Numbered from the stretch's first letter, positions 19,076 through 29,222 are shown. The stretch is 43,150 nt of DNA from Thermodesulfobacteriota bacterium (GCA_029246845.1 JAQWMJ010000022.1:1-43150); one strand, 5' to 3'. Made by a program: numbers and translations. The notes: generated from the letters alone by a model not told the origin.

Positions 19076-20115
19076 TAAATTCAAGAAAAAATCTAGAAGT
19101 TAACGAAAAGAGCCTTTTGTCTCCATATGCAGCCTTAAGTAGTGAATCTGTTGGTAGGGTGAGGAAAGAAAAAAAATGCACACTTAGGACAGAATATCAA
19201 AGAGATCGAGATAGAATAATTCACTCAAAATCATTTAGGAGACTGAAAGATAAAACGCAAGTTTTTCTCGCTCCTTATGGAGACCACTTTAGGACTCGGT
19301 TAACACATGTTTTAGAAGTTTCTCAAATTTCTAGGACTATATCAAGGTCACTTAGTCTTAATGAAGATTTATCGGAAGCTATTGCATTAGGTCACGATTT
19401 AGGACATACACCATTTGGTCATGCCGGCGAGCAGGCCCTAGATAAGATCCATAAAAAGGGTTTTAAACATTTCATGCAAAGTTTAAGAATTGTAGAATTA
19501 CTGGAAAAAAATGGAAAAGGTTTAAATCTAACATTTGAGGTTAAAGATGGTATTTCAAAGCATTCTAAAGGAACAGGGCCAATAGTTAATAAAAGAATCA
19601 AGATTCATACATTAGAAGGACAGGTTGTTAGACTCTCGGATATATTTGCTTATTTTACTCACGATCTTGATGATGCCTTAAGGTCTTCTTTGATTAAGAA
19701 AAAGGATATACCTTTAAAATTGATAAGATTTTTTGGTGAAAATCATTCTGAGAGAATATCAAAAGTTGTATCAGATACTATTGAAAATACCATAAATATG
19801 AACTATAGAGCTGTAGCCATATCCAAAGAGCTAGAGGACAATCTAGTTGATATGAGGAGCTTTCTTTTCGAGAAAGTTTATTACAATCCGGTCATTAAAG
19901 TTAATTTTGAAAAAGCTAAAAAGGTTTTGATGGATTTGTATTCATTTTTCCTAGTAAACGAAAAAGCCTTAAGAGAATTTTATAAGTTTAATAGTGGAAA
20001 TTATTCTGATGATTGTTGTGATTTTATCGCTGGCATGTCAGATGATTTCGCCTTAGAAATCCATAAATCCATATTTGTTCCCAAGAAATGGTCTTTTGTA
20101 GATTTTAAAGTTTAA
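19072..20115 (+). CDS. dgt: deoxyguanosinetriphosphate triphosphohydrolase (HD domain, short type)
   Basis: [46 protein letters not shown]. Confidence 0.92.
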   Translation: MINSRKNLEVNEKSLLSPYAALSSESVGRVRKEKKCTLRTEYQRDRDRIIHSKSFRRLKDKTQVFLAPYGDHFRTRLTHVLEVSQISRTISRSLSLNEDLSEAIALGHDLGHTPFGHAGEQALDKIHKKGFKHFMQSLRIVELLEKNGKGLNLTFEVKDGISKHSKGTGPIVNKRIKIHTLEGQVVRLSDIFAYFTHDLDDALRSSLIKKKDIPLKLIRFFGENHSERISKVVSDTIENTINMNYRAVAISKELEDNLVDMRSFLFEKVYYNPVIKVNFEKAKKVLMDLYSFFLVNEKALREFYKFNSGNYSDDCCDFIAGMSDDFALEIHKSIFVPKKWSFVDFKV

Positions 20116-20129
20116 TTTAGTAGTGAGAT

Positions 20130-20930
20130 ATGATAAAAAATTTAGGTTCTGTTCCATTCTTAAATTCAAAGCCACTTACATATCTATTTGATATAGGAGC
20201 CTATAGTAATTATAAAACTCAATTTCAATTTCCATCAGATCTCCTCGAGTCTTTAGTAAACAAACAAAATTTTCTTTCTTTACTTTCAATAGTAGACCAT
20301 TTCTCTGATTCAAGAGTTGTGTCTTTAGATGATTACTGTATAAGTGCGGAGGGTAAAGTTGATAGTGTAGTTTTAGTTGCAACTTCAGACATTAAAGACC
20401 TTGAAAAAGTATATCTAGATCCTAGATCTAAGAGCGCTAATCTTTTGTATAAGGTTATCCAGGAAGATTTCATAAAGAAAAAGGTTGAATATGACTATTT
20501 AAGACCACAGATAGTAAACACCTACGAAATGAATACAGGGCAAGTAATAATTGGAGATCTAGCATTAAAATTTCTTTCTCAAAGACCAGGAAGTATGAAG
20601 ATTTACGATCTTTCTGAGCTTTGGTACTTAGAAACCTCTTTACCTTTTACTTTCGCAACATTTAATTATTACCTCAACAAGCCTAGCTCACACGAAATAA
20701 AATTACTGCATGATTCTTTCATAAGTGGAATGGATAATGTTGATAATGTTTTAAAAGATTTTACTAGTAAGTACGAATCTGTCGTAGATTCGAAGTTGGT
20801 TGAAACTTACTTAAAGGAAAGGATAGTATATAGGCTTACAGAAAAACACCTAGATGGGATTAACTTATTTTATAAGCTATCCGCAAAATTTGCAAAATGG
20901 GAAAAAAGAAGTTTTAATAACATACTTTAA
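20130..20930 (+). CDS. mqnA: chorismate dehydratase (futalosine menaquinone pathway), divergent
   Basis: FLNSKPL, ISAEGKVDSV, IGDLAL, DLSELW...LPFTFA; adjacent to mqnD. Confidence 0.82.
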   Translation: MIKNLGSVPFLNSKPLTYLFDIGAYSNYKTQFQFPSDLLESLVNKQNFLSLLSIVDHFSDSRVVSLDDYCISAEGKVDSVVLVATSDIKDLEKVYLDPRSKSANLLYKVIQEDFIKKKVEYDYLRPQIVNTYEMNTGQVIIGDLALKFLSQRPGSMKIYDLSELWYLETSLPFTFATFNYYLNKPSSHEIKLLHDSFISGMDNVDNVLKDFTSKYESVVDSKLVETYLKERIVYRLTEKHLDGINLFYKLSAKFAKWEKRSFNNIL

Positions 20931-20932
20931 AT

Positions 20933-21763
20933 ATGAAAAAACTAATTACTCTAGGTCATAGCCCAGATGCAGATGATGCTTTCATGTTTTATGGAATATC
21001 TAAAGGTATTATTTCATCGGAAAGATTTAAATTTGAACACATTATTCAAGATATACAGTCATTAAATCTGTTAGCTATTGATGGCAAGATAGATACAACT
21101 GCTGTATCCGCTCATGCGTATACCAAGATTCACAAGACCTATAGAGTTATGGATTGTGGAGCAAGTATGGGTGATGGCTACGGTCCAATCTTGGTAGCAA
21201 AAGAAAAGTTTGATTCTGAAAAAGGACTTAAAATTGCAGTTCCTGGGAAGCTAACTTCTGCATTCCTATTGCTACAGCTATATTGTGATGATGCAACTTT
21301 TATTGAATATGATTTTGACCAAGTCGTTCCTGCAATAGTTAATGCTGAAGTTGATGCAGGATTAATAATTCATGAGGGTCAAATTACATATAAAAATCTT
21401 GGACTTAATATGCTATTAGATTTGCCAAAACTTTGGGCACAGGATTGCAAACATCCAATCCCTTTGGGTTTGAATGTTATTAGTAGATCCTTAGATTTAG
21501 ATGTACAAATAGAGATATCTAATATGATTAAACAAAGCATAGTTTATTCCCTTTCAAATATTGAAGAAGCCTTGGACTATGCAATGGAATTCGGGAGAGG
21601 TGTTTCAAGGGACGTAGCAAGAGAATTTGTTCTGATGTATGTTAATCAGGATACAGTTGATTTCACTAGTAGAGGCATACATGGATTAAGATTCTTCTAT
21701 GAGAAAGCTTTAAAGAAGAAACTTATAAGTGAGAATATTCAGCTAGATCTTATTTCAACTTAA
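20933..21763 (+). CDS. mqnD: 1,4-dihydroxy-6-naphthoate synthase
   Basis: LGHSPDADDAFMFY, DIQSLN, GASMGDGYGP, PGKLTSA, IIHEGQITY, PLG, MYVN. Confidence 0.92.
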   Translation: MKKLITLGHSPDADDAFMFYGISKGIISSERFKFEHIIQDIQSLNLLAIDGKIDTTAVSAHAYTKIHKTYRVMDCGASMGDGYGPILVAKEKFDSEKGLKIAVPGKLTSAFLLLQLYCDDATFIEYDFDQVVPAIVNAEVDAGLIIHEGQITYKNLGLNMLLDLPKLWAQDCKHPIPLGLNVISRSLDLDVQIEISNMIKQSIVYSLSNIEEALDYAMEFGRGVSRDVAREFVLMYVNQDTVDFTSRGIHGLRFFYEKALKKKLISENIQLDLIST

Positions 21764-22973
21764 TAATTTTTCCATCTATCATAGACATCTTTAAGTTTCC
21801 ACTATTTGAATGCATGACCGACAAATAGGGATCTTTGTTCTTTAAGTCAAAAGCTATTAGATCAGCTTTTTTATTCTTTTCAATTGTCCCAATCGAATTA
21901 TCAAGACCTAAAGCTTTAGCTCCTCCTAGTGTCGCTATTTCCAGAATTCTTCTTTCAGGATTCTTAATTAATATTTTTTTTGCATTTAAATACAAGAAGT
22001 TAATCTCATCAAGGAAATTAATAGATATATTACTTGAAAGACCATCTGTACCTAGACCCGTTTTTTTATAATTCATAAAGAATCTTAAATTAGGAAGTTT
22101 TTGATTTAAATATAAATTACTACGAGGGCAAATAACAACAGGGTACTGACGTTTCTTTAATATTTTTAAATCGTCTGATGATAAGTTGTTCATGTGAACC
22201 AGGGTTATAATTTGTCGAAATAAATTTATTCTATCTAAATATTCTAGTGGGGTACTTGGACGTGAGTCAAATTTAGGCTTGCTATTAAATTTTGAGAAGA
22301 CTTTATCTTCTAAGTTGTTTTTTTTCTTCATTGCATAATTGATCTCATCAACACTTTCAGAAAGATGAATGCCAAGTTGAGTATGATGCTTCTTAGCGAA
22401 AGCTAATACTTTTTTTAGAGATCTAGTATCAAGAGAATAAATTGAATGAGGGAATATCTTTAAATTAAAAAGAGAGTTAGTATTTTGTAATAAACCTTGA
22501 AGAAATTTACTATTAATATTTGAAATAGTTGAATTCGCAATTTCATAAAAATAAGCTGTCCTTATGCCACTTTTAATGATTGGTTTATAATCTAGACCAT
22601 CGTATGAGCTTATTTCACCGATTGTAGTTACACCTGAGTTTAAAGATTCCTCTAACCCTTTTTTAACAGAATTGGAAATTTTAGAATTATCAAAATTCTT
22701 CTTAAGACTTATAATTTGGTTTAACCAATCAGGGAATGAATTAAAAGGATTTAGAAGTTTCTGTGTCCAATGAAGCTCTAGGTGAACATGTGAGTTAATA
22801 AATCCAGGTAACAAGACGGAATTTTTTAGATCTATAACTTTATATTTCTTCTTCGCAAGTTGATAGTTTGGAATAATTTCACTAATAATATTATTGTTAA
22901 TAATTACGGCTGAATTTGTTAAGAAAGATTGATTGGGAGTTATTATATATCTTGCTTTAACGGCTTGAAACAT
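21750..22973 (-). CDS. metal-dependent amidohydrolase/deaminase (possible aminofutalosine deaminase)
   Basis: PGFINSHVHLE, PHSIYS, HLSES, CPRSN, GTDGLSSN, ATLGGAKALG; next to mqnA-mqnD; substrate is inferred. Confidence 0.75.
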   Translation of the reverse strand: MFQAVKARYIITPNQSFLTNSAVIINNNIISEIIPNYQLAKKKYKVIDLKNSVLLPGFINSHVHLELHWTQKLLNPFNSFPDWLNQIISLKKNFDNSKISNSVKKGLEESLNSGVTTIGEISSYDGLDYKPIIKSGIRTAYFYEIANSTISNINSKFLQGLLQNTNSLFNLKIFPHSIYSLDTRSLKKVLAFAKKHHTQLGIHLSESVDEINYAMKKKNNLEDKVFSKFNSKPKFDSRPSTPLEYLDRINLFRQIITLVHMNNLSSDDLKILKKRQYPVVICPRSNLYLNQKLPNLRFFMNYKKTGLGTDGLSSNISINFLDEINFLYLNAKKILIKNPERRILEIATLGGAKALGLDNSIGTIEKNKKADLIAFDLKNKDPYLSVMHSNSGNLKMSMIDGKIIKLK

Positions 22974-22976
22974 TTT

Positions 22977-23810
22977 CTAAATATTTAGTTTTCCTGAACA
23001 TATTTCTTCAACTGGCCCTTCCATAATTAGATTGAAGTTGTCATCAATCTCAATAGATAACTCACCACCGGGCATAAGAACTTTGACCTTTTTATTTAAA
23101 AGCCCTAATTTGTATCCTGCCGAAACTACACCACACGAACTACTGCCAGAAGCAAGAGTGTATCCAGCTCCTCTTTCCCAGATTTCAACCTTAACTTTAT
23201 TTCTAGAAATTATCTGAGCAAATTGGACGTTTATTCTTTTTGGGAAAAGTTTATTTTTCTCTATCAGTCCACCGAAATTTTTAGCATAGTCTGCAGATGT
23301 TTCCTTTAGAAAGATTACACAATGAGGATTACCCACACTTACGCATGAATATGTAAAGATATCTCCGCACACCTTTATACTTTCGTTAATTGAATATTTT
23401 TTCTTTGTTTTAACTGGAACCTTGCTTGACTCAAAGATGGCCTTTCCCATCTCTACTTTTACAAGACGCACTTTTTGATTTTTAATAGTTACCTTGCTAT
23501 TTACCAAGCCACCTTTAGTTTCAATAGTGAACTCTTTCCTCTTGGTATATTTGTAGTCGTAAAGAAATTTTGAGAATATTCTTAGCCCATTACCGCTCTT
23601 TTCTGCTTCTGATCCATCAGGATTAAATATTTTTAATCCAAAATCAGCTTTTTTTGACTTAATAAGTACTAAAATGCCGTCAGCTCCGACCCCATAGTTT
23701 CTGTGACAAATTTTCACGATTGTCTTTTTAGACAATTTAAAGTCAATTTTCTCTGAATCTAATACAAGATAATCGTTTCCTAGGCCATGTGATTTTACGA
23801 AATTATTCAT
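22977..23810 (-). CDS. dapF: diaminopimelate epimerase
   Basis: KSHGLGNDY, GVGADG, NPDGSEAEKSGNG, VGNPHCV, WERGAGYTLASGS; Ser occupies both usual catalytic Cys positions. Confidence 0.9.
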   Translation of the reverse strand: MNNFVKSHGLGNDYLVLDSEKIDFKLSKKTIVKICHRNYGVGADGILVLIKSKKADFGLKIFNPDGSEAEKSGNGLRIFSKFLYDYKYTKRKEFTIETKGGLVNSKVTIKNQKVRLVKVEMGKAIFESSKVPVKTKKKYSINESIKVCGDIFTYSCVSVGNPHCVIFLKETSADYAKNFGGLIEKNKLFPKRINVQFAQIISRNKVKVEIWERGAGYTLASGSSSCGVVSAGYKLGLLNKKVKVLMPGGELSIEIDDNFNLIMEGPVEEICSGKLNI

Positions 23811-23918
23811 GATTCATTAATATTAAACGAATATTTCACGATAGCCGAGGAAAATTGTAGATAAATATTTCTTTTTTGTATAGAATTAATCAGATATTCA
23901 ATTAGGGGGTTTTTTTAA

Positions 23919-24680
23919 ATGATTGAAGATTTATATAATGTAAAAGATAAAGTTGCTGTCGTTACTGGAAGTTCAAGAGGTATCGGTAAGCAATGTGCTT
24001 TAGCTTTTGCGGAAGCTGGTGCAAAATTAGTTTTAAATTATGTTAGCAATAAACAAGCTGCAGAAATTACTGCAGAAGAAATTGTTGACCTTGGTTCAGA
24101 AGCTATCGTTGTACAGGCTGACGTTAAAGATTTTGAAGCTTGCCAAACTTTAGGCGAAGAAGCAATAAAGGCGTATGGTCAAGTTGATTTTTTAGTTAAT
24201 AATGCTGGAATCAATAGAGATATAACTTTTAGTCGTATGTCACAAGAAGAGTGGAAAGATGTTATAGATACTAACTTAGGAGCTTTGTTTAATATGTCAA
24301 AAGCTGTTGTTCCTCATATGAGAGACGCAGGTTCTGGTGTTATTGTTTCAATCTCATCTATCATCGGTGAAACTGGAAATATTGGTCAATCTAATTATGC
24401 TGCAACAAAAAGTGGTATGTATGGATTCACTAGAAGTCTCGCTAGAGAGTTAGCGAAAGATAACATTAGAGTAAATGCTGTTTCACCAGGCTTTGTAGAA
24501 ACAGATATGCTTCACACCGTTCCGCCTGATCTTTTAGCAGGAATAAAAGAAGAGATTCCTTTAGGAAGGTTTGGCTATGCGGATGAAATAGCTTTGGCTG
24601 TTTTATATCTTTGTTCTCCTGCTGCATCATGGGTAACTGGTACTAACATGAGCATTAATGGCGGACATAATATGCTATAA
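23919..24680 (+). CDS. SDR family 3-oxoacyl reductase, PhaB (acetoacetyl-CoA reductase)-like or FabG-like
   Basis: TGSSRGIG, NNAGINRD, SSIIG, GQSNYAATK (YxxxK), PGFVETDM, INGG. Confidence 0.85.
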   Translation: MIEDLYNVKDKVAVVTGSSRGIGKQCALAFAEAGAKLVLNYVSNKQAAEITAEEIVDLGSEAIVVQADVKDFEACQTLGEEAIKAYGQVDFLVNNAGINRDITFSRMSQEEWKDVIDTNLGALFNMSKAVVPHMRDAGSGVIVSISSIIGETGNIGQSNYAATKSGMYGFTRSLARELAKDNIRVNAVSPGFVETDMLHTVPPDLLAGIKEEIPLGRFGYADEIALAVLYLCSPAASWVTGTNMSINGGHNML

Positions 24681-24686
24681 ACTTAT

Positions 24687-24715
24687 TTAAGAGGGAGTTT
24701 AAGACTCCCTCTTAA
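24687..24715. terminator. hairpin between the convergent SDR and ccsA-like genes (probable bidirectional terminator)
   Basis: TTAAGAGGGAGT-ttaag-ACTCCCTCTTAA, a perfect 12-bp stem. Confidence 0.75.
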
Positions 24716-24735
24716 GTTCAACCTCTTCATAGTTT

Positions 24736-25518
24736 TTATACAAAAGAATGTGAAGGTAAATCTAAAACATACATAAAAAGATAGCTGACAATTATTGAAG
24801 CAAATCCAATTAAAGATATAAACGATACCTTAAGTCCACTAAGGTTATATGTCATTCTCATTTGAATTAATGAGAAGTAGATTAGCCAAGAAAATATTGA
24901 AATTGCTGATACTGTCCCAAACCAGTAGCTTCCAATCTGACTTTTAGATAGCAGAAAACCTAAGCTAAGTCCTATAGTCATTATAGGAAAAGAAACAAGT
25001 ATTAAATTAAAATTGATCTTTTCAATGAGTGATAGACTAGGCATTCTAGAGATTTTTTTAACTTTCTTATTTTTAAAGTTCCTATGTTGGTATATAAACA
25101 TAATGGAAAATATTGAAGATATTAAAAGTGTTGTATGAGACAAGATGTTAAGTAAGACATGAATTATTAGGATTCTGTTGTTATAGGCTGACCCTCCATC
25201 ATCATTTCCCATCATTATTAATGGGACAGTTAAGATAAACCCTACAGGGGAGATGAAGAAACAGTATAAATTTTTTATATTCTGTCTAATGAAAAAGAGG
25301 GCTAGAATAGATAAAAATACCGACGCAACAAATAGGCTTGTCTCAATATTGTTGATTTTGAAATCTATGGTTTTATTTGCTAGAAGTATAAATTGCAAGA
25401 CTACTGCCCCTATGAAGAGCCAATGGCTTGTTTTAGAGAATGTTAATTTCCCTGAGTAAATATAATATAAAGATGAAATAAATGAGGAAAAATATAATAT
25501 GGGAATGATTATTAACAA
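24736..25518 (-). CDS. cytochrome c assembly (CcsA/HemX-like) membrane protein
   Basis: About 8 hydrophobic segments, IIHV, RMPSL..IE, FPIMTIGL, SW.IY and C-terminal HSF; the WWD motif is degenerate. Confidence 0.75.
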   Translation of the reverse strand: MLIIIPILYFSSFISSLYYIYSGKLTFSKTSHWLFIGAVVLQFILLANKTIDFKINNIETSLFVASVFLSILALFFIRQNIKNLYCFFISPVGFILTVPLIMMGNDDGGSAYNNRILIIHVLLNILSHTTLLISSIFSIMFIYQHRNFKNKKVKKISRMPSLSLIEKINFNLILVSFPIMTIGLSLGFLLSKSQIGSYWFGTVSAISIFSWLIYFSLIQMRMTYNLSGLKVSFISLIGFASIIVSYLFMYVLDLPSHSFV

Positions 25519-25521
25519 GTG

Positions 25522-26586
25522 CTAACTGACCCCACTTTCCTCATTAATATAGTTCTTGTATAATTCATTATTAAGCTCATCTAGGTCACCATCTAGAATA
25601 TAGTCCAACTTATGTAAAGTAAGATTAATCCTGTGATCACTTACTCTACCTTGGGCAAAATTATAAGTTCTAATTTTCTCACTTCTATCTCCCCCGCCTA
25701 CAAGAAGCTTACGTGTTTTTGAATTATCTTGTTCTTTCTTGCTTTCTTGAGCCTCGAATAGTTTAGCATTTAATACTCTCATTGCTCTTTGTCTATTTTG
25801 ATGCTGGGATTTTCCATCTTGGTTCTGAACAACCACTCCAGATGGTATATGAGTAATTCTAACAGCAGAATCTGTTTTGTTGACATGTTGACCACCAGCG
25901 CCTGAAGCTCTATAAGTATCAATTCTTAAATCCTTTTCATTTATTTCTATCTCAACATCATCTGCTTCTGGAAGGACTACCACTGTGGCAGTAGAAGTAT
26001 GGACTCTACCGCTTGTTTCTGTAGCAGGAACTCTTTGGACTCTATGAACACCACTTTCGAATTTCATAAAAGAATAAATATCTTTACCGCTTATTGAAGC
26101 TATAACTTCTTTAACACCACCAAGACCTATTTCGCTTTTATTAATAATCTCCATATTCCACTTTTTTCTTTCGCAGTATCTCAAGTACATTCTTAGTAGG
26201 TCACTCGCAAATAATGCTGCCTCATCTCCACCAGCCCCAGCTCTTATTTCAATAATCACATCTTTACAATCTAAAGGATCTTTTGGTCGAACTTCAAACT
26301 TAATTTTATCTTCAATTATAATCAAATCTAATTTAAGCGTTTCAAGCTCTTCTTCAGCAAGCGCCTTGAATTCTTTATCATTTAACAGCTCCTGGTTTTC
26401 TTCTATAGACTTTTCTATCTCAATAAGTTGATTGTATAGTATTACAATCTCACTTAACTGACTCCTTTTTTTTGATAACTCAATTATTTGGTCGGCTGCG
26501 ATTTCTGCAGAGTTTAGATTTAAATCTATATCGGCCACTGTTATTTTGGCGTTTTCTAGCTCTTTTCTTATTTTTTTTTCAATCAT
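25522..26586 (-). CDS. prfA: peptide chain release factor 1
   Basis: [17 protein letters not shown] (RF1 PxT motif), [19 protein letters not shown]. Confidence 0.97.
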   Translation of the reverse strand: MIEKKIRKELENAKITVADIDLNLNSAEIAADQIIELSKKRSQLSEIVILYNQLIEIEKSIEENQELLNDKEFKALAEEELETLKLDLIIIEDKIKFEVRPKDPLDCKDVIIEIRAGAGGDEAALFASDLLRMYLRYCERKKWNMEIINKSEIGLGGVKEVIASISGKDIYSFMKFESGVHRVQRVPATETSGRVHTSTATVVVLPEADDVEIEINEKDLRIDTYRASGAGGQHVNKTDSAVRITHIPSGVVVQNQDGKSQHQNRQRAMRVLNAKLFEAQESKKEQDNSKTRKLLVGGGDRSEKIRTYNFAQGRVSDHRINLTLHKLDYILDGDLDELNNELYKNYINEESGVS

Positions 26587-26634
26587 TCCAGAAACACTGC
26601 TTGTAAAGCTCTCACTTTTGGATAAGATTATATC

Positions 26635-26844
26635 ATGGATATCATAGATATCCTTGATAAAAAGGTTAAGGATACCGTAGAAGCAAAAGTAAGACTAGAG
26701 GAAAGGTTAGTTAATTTAAATAAAACTTTAGAGAAATTAAGTGATGATAATAAAAAGTTAAGAGTAGAAAATGATTCTTATGTTAAAGAAATAAGAAATG
26801 CTCTTAACGAATTGGAACAAATAATAAAAGATTTAGGGATTTAG
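26635..26844 (+). CDS. zapB: small coiled-coil protein, ZapB-like
   Basis: 69-aa heptad-rich protein immediately upstream of a zapA-like gene in the zapB-zapA-fau-rny arrangement. Confidence 0.6.
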   Translation: MDIIDILDKKVKDTVEAKVRLEERLVNLNKTLEKLSDDNKKLRVENDSYVKEIRNALNELEQIIKDLGI

Positions 26845-27095
26845 TGAAAGAAGTACATTTAGGTTTTCAAGAAGATAAATTAGAAATTGAAACAAATTGT
26901 ACTGATGAAATAATTAATAAGATTGAAGAATATATAAATATTAATTATTTAAAGCATAATTTGTCCGATCCCTCCATCTCAAGACAAACCGTTTCAAACA
27001 TTCTCCTAGTTAATGCCGTATACGAGATTCTTTCCTTGCAAAAAGAGAAGGAAGAAAGTGGTGAGAGAATCAACAAAGTATTATCAAGTTTCTGA
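26844..27095 (+). CDS. zapA: cell division protein ZapA-like (divergent)
   Basis: Size, IEEYIN and ILLVNAVYEIL pattern, C-terminal coiled coil, and synteny. Confidence 0.6.
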   Translation: MKEVHLGFQEDKLEIETNCTDEIINKIEEYININYLKHNLSDPSISRQTVSNILLVNAVYEILSLQKEKEESGERINKVLSSF

Positions 27096-27648
27096 TAAGT
27101 CAAAGTTAAGAAGGTTGTTAATTAATCGAAGAATAGCTATGGGTTCAGAATTGGTATATTCCAAGTCCATGAACCTTACTAAGTTTTTTTTAGAAACTAT
27201 TTCCGAAGATGATTCTTTGTTTTCAATAGCACTTTATCACCCTATAAAATCTGAGGTGGATACAAAAGAGATTCATAAAGAGTTAATTTGTTTAAATAAA
27301 GCTCTCTTTTATCCAAAAATAATAGGCAATAGAATAGAATTTGTAGAATCTAAAGATCCTAAAGATTTTTCTAAAGGAAAATTTAATATCATGGAGCCAA
27401 ATACTAATCATTTTATTGATTGTAATGAAATTGATTTGTTTGTTGTTCCAAGCGTTGCAGTGGGATCTTCAGGTAAGAGGCTAGGCTATGGTGGAGGCTT
27501 TTATGATAAGGCTCTATCATCTATAGATAAGAAAAGAATTTGTTCTATTATTTATGACTTTCAGCTTATTTATGGTTTTAATGGAGAAAAGCATGACATA
27601 CAAGTTTCCAAAGTTTTTACAGACAAGGGGTTTTTGCATATCAATTAA
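27061..27648 (+). CDS. 5-formyltetrahydrofolate cyclo-ligase (start probably GTG at 27058 or 27061)
   Basis: KSKLRR, SEVDT, FNIMEP, VVPSVA, RLGYGGGFYD, EKHD. Confidence 0.9.
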   Translation: MRESTKYYQVSDKSKLRRLLINRRIAMGSELVYSKSMNLTKFFLETISEDDSLFSIALYHPIKSEVDTKEIHKELICLNKALFYPKIIGNRIEFVESKDPKDFSKGKFNIMEPNTNHFIDCNEIDLFVVPSVAVGSSGKRLGYGGGFYDKALSSIDKKRICSIIYDFQLIYGFNGEKHDIQVSKVFTDKGFLHIN

Positions 27649-27659
27649 GGGAGAAAAAT

Positions 27660-29222
27660 ATGAGTATGAATATAATAATATTAATAAGTTGCCTAGGATC
27701 TTTGGTAGTCGGTTTTTTAATTTTTTGGTTAGCAAATAGAAATAATTTAATTAAGGATATATCTAAAATGAAAGATGAATCCGATACTATAATCAGTTCA
27801 GCCAAGAGTAAAGCTTTGAAATTGTTCAAAGATGGGGAAAAGAAAGCAAAACAGTATAAAGAAAACCAGATTAAGAAAGTTAAAGAAGAAGTTTCTTTAA
27901 TTAAAAAAGATGTGGACAAGAAAGAGATGGAAGTCTTATCAAAAGAAGCATCTCTAAAAGAAGTTCAGCTTGAAATAACAAAATCTGAAGCGAGGCTTGA
28001 AGTTAAAGAAAAGAATTGTGAAGAACTAGAGAAGAAATACTTATCAAAGGAGTCTGAGCTTGAAACAATACTTGAAGATGCAAAAACTAAAATAGAATCA
28101 ATTTCAGGTCTAACTAGAGAGCAGGCAAGGGACGAGCTAGTGTCTACAGTTGAAGATGAAGCGAAAATAATCTCCGCAAGGAAGATTAAGGAGATAGAAA
28201 ACAACCTTCATTCTGATGCTGAAATAAAAGCAAAAAATATTATTGCAATGGCAATACAAAAATATGCAGCTTCTTATACTTCAGAAAAAACCTCAACAGT
28301 AGTCGAACTACCAAGCGATGACATGAAAGGAAGAATCATAGGACGTGAGGGAAGAAACATTAGGACTATAGAGTTGAAAACTGGAGTTGATATTATTATA
28401 GACGATACTCCTGGAATCGTTACAGTTTCTTCGCATAATCCTTTAAGACGTGAGATTGCGGGAAGGGCCATTAAAAAGTTACTTGATGATGGAAGAGTCC
28501 ACCCTGGAAGAATTGAAGAAATAGTTGAGGAAATTGAATCTAAATTAGGAGAAGAGCTACAAAAACTTGGTCAAGATGCAATATTAGAGCTTGGGCTAAG
28601 TAATATGCACCCGGAATTGATAAGATTGGTAGGAAGAATGAAATATAGAACTTCTTATTCTCAGAATATTTTAGACCATTCACTTGAGGTTGCTCAACTC
28701 TGTGGAGTTTTGGCTGGGGAGCTAGGGCTAGATCCTAAGATGGCAAAGAGAGCAGGATTACTTCATGATATTGGTAAAGCCGTAGACCATGATATGGAAG
28801 GCAGTCATGATGATATTGGTGCAGACTTGGTTAAAAAATACAATGAACCAAAAGAAGTCATCGAAGCTGTGGAACTTTCACACTCCGATAATCCATCAAA
28901 TTTATACTGTTTATTAGTTCAAGCTTCAGATGCAATATCTGCTGCTAGACCCGGGGCAAGAAAAGAATCTTATGAATCATATGTAAAAAGGGTTAAAGAA
29001 TTAGAAGACATAGCCTCTTCGTTCAATGGTGTAGATAAATGTTTTGCAATTCAGGCTGGTAGAGAAGTTAGAGTAATGGTTGAAAGTGATAAGGTCAATG
29101 ATGATGAAGCAACTATTTTATCTCATGATATTGCTAAAAAGATAGAAGATGAAGTCTCCTATCCTGGAAACGTAAAGATTACGGTTGTTAGAGAAGTAAG
29201 AACTTCAGCAATTGCTAACTAG
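27660..29222 (+). CDS. rny: ribonuclease Y
   Basis: N-terminal TM, coiled coil, KH domain (MKGRIIGREGRNIR), HD domain (LLHDIGK), SAARPGAR, YPGNVKITVVRE. Confidence 0.97.
   Translation: MSMNIIILISCLGSLVVGFLIFWLANRNNLIKDISKMKDESDTIISSAKSKALKLFKDGEKKAKQYKENQIKKVKEEVSLIKKDVDKKEMEVLSKEASLKEVQLEITKSEARLEVKEKNCEELEKKYLSKESELETILEDAKTKIESISGLTREQARDELVSTVEDEAKIISARKIKEIENNLHSDAEIKAKNIIAMAIQKYAASYTSEKTSTVVELPSDDMKGRIIGREGRNIRTIELKTGVDIIIDDTPGIVTVSSHNPLRREIAGRAIKKLLDDGRVHPGRIEEIVEEIESKLGEELQKLGQDAILELGLSNMHPELIRLVGRMKYRTSYSQNILDHSLEVAQLCGVLAGELGLDPKMAKRAGLLHDIGKAVDHDMEGSHDDIGADLVKKYNEPKEVIEAVELSHSDNPSNLYCLLVQASDAISAARPGARKESYESYVKRVKELEDIASSFNGVDKCFAIQAGREVRVMVESDKVNDDEATILSHDIAKKIEDEVSYPGNVKITVVREVRTSAIAN

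Noticed and set aside
19072..20115. dGTPase as an anti-phage defence gene
   Set aside because: Short housekeeping-type enzyme coupled to hisF inside a biosynthetic operon, with no defence-island context
27013..27057. ORF-track N-terminal extension of the cyclo-ligase (MPYTRFF...)
   Set aside because: Lies deep within zapA with no family resemblance; the GTG at 27058/27061 with an upstream AAGGAAG is more plausible
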